Under the pieces are notes generated by a model. The model saw only the letters and a program-made list of their open reading frames with translations. It was not told the origin of the DNA and ran no database searches. Positions 61,119-64,000 of a DNA stretch of 64,000 bases are shown in pieces (position 1 is the stretch's first letter; every line of letters starts with the position of its first letter). The stretch spans positions 38,378,001-38,442,000 of the forward strand of contig NC_042998.1 in assembly GCF_006345805.1 (NCBI RefSeq), in the 5' to 3' direction. Position numbers and translations under genes: made by a program. The stretch comes from Octopus sinensis (Eukaryota).

Positions 61119-64000
61119 TATATTGTGTGTGTATATATATATATATACATACACACACGCACATATAGAAAATAGAGACAAGGCACAATTCTTTTGCACT
61201 TTAATTAGTAAAATTATTTCAAAATACATTATTACCTACAAATTTCCTTTTTTCATCGAAGGCAATAATTGGAATCTGTGTGTGTAATGATGGCTACTGT
61301 TAGCTTTGTATCAACAGAAATAAGCAAAGAAACTCTGTTATAAACACACTAGGTAACAAGAGGGAATGCTATGTAATATTAGTAACCTAAATTTGTAGTA
61401 AACTCATTAAGGAAAAAAAAAAAACCAGCAATAATTATTCAATACAATGGCCAACAAATATTTTCGCAAATATTGATGTTTAAATTCAAAGTATTCGTCA
61501 TAATTAGTTATTGATTGAAACTAGTTTTAAATTTTTCAGTAAAAATGTTTCAACTTTCTGTTGTATTATCTGTGTTTTAATATGATAGGAATTGCTCAGA
61601 ATTTGGCTGCCATATCAATTTAAGTATTCACTGAGGAAAATTTTTGTAGTGCTTCGGTTATGTGTTGTTCTCTAATTGGACTCCTTGTATGGCCAATGTG
61701 ATTTTCATCCCATCCACATCATGTTATGATATAGTTTTGTAGATAAGAATGTCAATTTGTCTTCATTTCATATTTTTCTTTTTCTGAACTATATCTCGAA
61801 AATGTAGAGTATATTAATACAAGTTCCACAATTTGACCTTCTGCCATTTTTACTCAGTTTTGATATATTGGTTTCATATTTTGGCACAAGGCCAGCTGTT
61901 TCAGGGGAGGAAAGGATGAATGGTAAAGTCAACCTTGACAGACTAGTAACTCAGAACATAAACACAGCCGAAATGCCACTAAGCATTTTGCTTAACAAGT
62001 TAACAATTCTGCCAGTTTGCTGCCAAGGTTTCATATAACATTGGTTGATAACAGTTGAACAGCTGTTGAACATTTAAAGATTTGTCACTTTTGTTTTTAT
62101 CTTTATTTCATTTTTGGATTTGGTTTGCAAGATTCTTTATATGAGTTCGTGTGTTGGAGCATATTTTGTTGTGTCTGGGGAGAGTCATTTTCTTTTTGTG
62201 CCTTATTTTCCTAAAATTTTCGTTGCTTCTTGCAACCTTTTCAATAGTTTTGACTCAAATAGGAAAATAAAAAATAAGAAGTGGAAATTTTACCAGTGAG
62301 TGTGTCACATTATAAGGCACAAAAAGAAAATGACTCTCCCCAGACACAACAGAACTTTTATCTTTAGTTATTCTAAAATTCTTCTCATTTTTGGATCAGC
62401 TTTTAAAAGCCTCAATATTCATAAACTTATGTGTTGAAATTGAAGATAATTGGTGACAATTGCTTTTGCTCTCCCCCTCTCTCGTTATCAATTAATGATG
62501 GGTAATAATATCTTTTCATCAAAATATCTCTTAGTTACTATCTTTTTTTTTTTTTCTTTCTTTCAGATGTTCACATTTGGTAGGATATGCTGCTTTTTCT
62601 TTTAACCTGAGCAAAGGAAATACTTATTCTCATGTTTCAGATCGGATGAAGTAAAAAGTAACTATTGTTCCAAGTCCAGTGGTTTATTTTATGCATTTGC
62701 CTCTATCCTATTCAGGAGTTTAAGCTATTATCATCATCATCATCATTTAACATGCTGACATGGGTTGACTGGATCAACAAAGTTAGCAAACCAGACGGCT
62801 GTGACAAGGTCTGCATTTGGCATAGTCTCTATGACTGGATGCCTTTCTTAATGCAAACCACTAAACTTGGTGTGTACTGGGTGCTTTTTACATGGCACCA
62901 GAATTGGTGGGGGTGGGGTTGCAAGACAAATACCTCTCAACTGGAAGATGGTGTGGTATTGAGGGAGATGACTTTTTGCCAATTGACAGGAGGTTAAAAA
63001 GTTTAATAGAGGAGCAGTGACAGGTGTTTTGCTATAGAGGAGATTACATGGCCGCCCCAGTTGGAAAAGAGAGAAAGAAAGAGAGACTGGGTTATAGAAT
63101 ATATATATATATATATATATATATACAAATAAGAAAATGGAGAAACTAATTTATTTTGTTCATCAACTTTTGGATAACGTTCTAATATCCGAAAGTTGAT
63201 GAACAAAATAAACTTGTTTCTCCATTTCCTTATTTGTATTATAAATTTACGGTAAAAATATTTCTTTACCTCCACCTGTTTAATACAATAAATAAGTTAA
63301 TTGCATTGCAATTAAAAACATTATATATTAAGAATCTAGGTATTTTACCAACAGTATATTGGATAAATACTATCCCTTAGTGGGTTACACCCATAACCCC
63401 TAACTTACTTTGTGTGTATATATATATATATGAGAGAGAGAGAAATGGTAGTGGCAATGTTAGGACATACACTCAACATACAGTGTGTTGTTGGATGTGA
63501 ATAGAAGTGAATTGATGCAGCCGACAGGGCTGTTTGAGTGGGCAGGTAGTGAGGGTGGGGAAACTGAGGGTGAAATTTCATAAAAGTGTGAGGAGGGATG
63601 GTTAGAGATGGGATAGACATGACTGCAGTAAGTGATGGTCAGATATAGGAGCGCATGTGTTAAGATAATTTCTGTGTGTCTTAAATTCAAAATGTCTATC
63701 CAAACTGTCTTCCCAGAGGGTGTAACAATTGTCTAAATGTTTGTTCCAATTTTCCTTCAAGTAATTGTAAAAAGTTTCCCATATTTTTGCCCTGAGTTTT
63801 CATACACTTTTATCAGAAGGTATTCCATTACTCAATTGGTATATGTTGGATATATTGCTGTTCCAAAGTTAGACCAAAATTATCAAAAAAAAAAAAAAAC
63901 AGGATTTATTGAACAATAGGTGCAGGCATGGTTGTGTGGTAAGAAGTTTGCTTCCCAACCACATGGTCCCAGCTTCAATCCCACTGTGTGGCCTTTTGGG

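Overview
Repeat-rich, AT-rich animal genomic DNA. The repeat landscape resembles coleoid cephalopods (Octopus-like); this is an inference. The only host gene I can support is the 3' half of a biotin--protein ligase (holocarboxylase synthetase, HLCS-like) on the + strand. It has five coding exons (2425-2492, 4399-4559, 6572-6686, 38904-39129, 42062-42245) that splice in phase, followed by an AATAAA at 42306. Its 32-kb intron holds a very young antisense Ty3/Gypsy LTR retrotransposon (17001-22032) with LTRs identical except for one homopolymer base, a 4-bp TSD, a tRNA-Trp PBS and a PPT. All three pol lesions of that element lie in homopolymer runs. The rest of the window is mobile-element material: Penelope-like element (PLE) pieces with several type-I hammerhead ribozyme motifs, Merlin transposase relics with GG-ended 8-bp-TSD MITEs carrying telomere-like repeats, a mariner relic, a non-autonomous Helitron, a twin-primed (5'-inverted) RTE-like LINE, RTE 3' ends, tRNA-derived SINEs (including a trimer inside one TSD), minisatellites and microsatellites. 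Nearly all short ORFs in the supplied track are repeat or microsatellite artefacts. I see no clearly new multi-gene system. The best leads are the hammerhead set (the sense-strand intronic copy is core-mutated while its antisense twin is intact), the possibly intact Gypsy element, the retroposed SINE multimer and the divergent ligase motifs.
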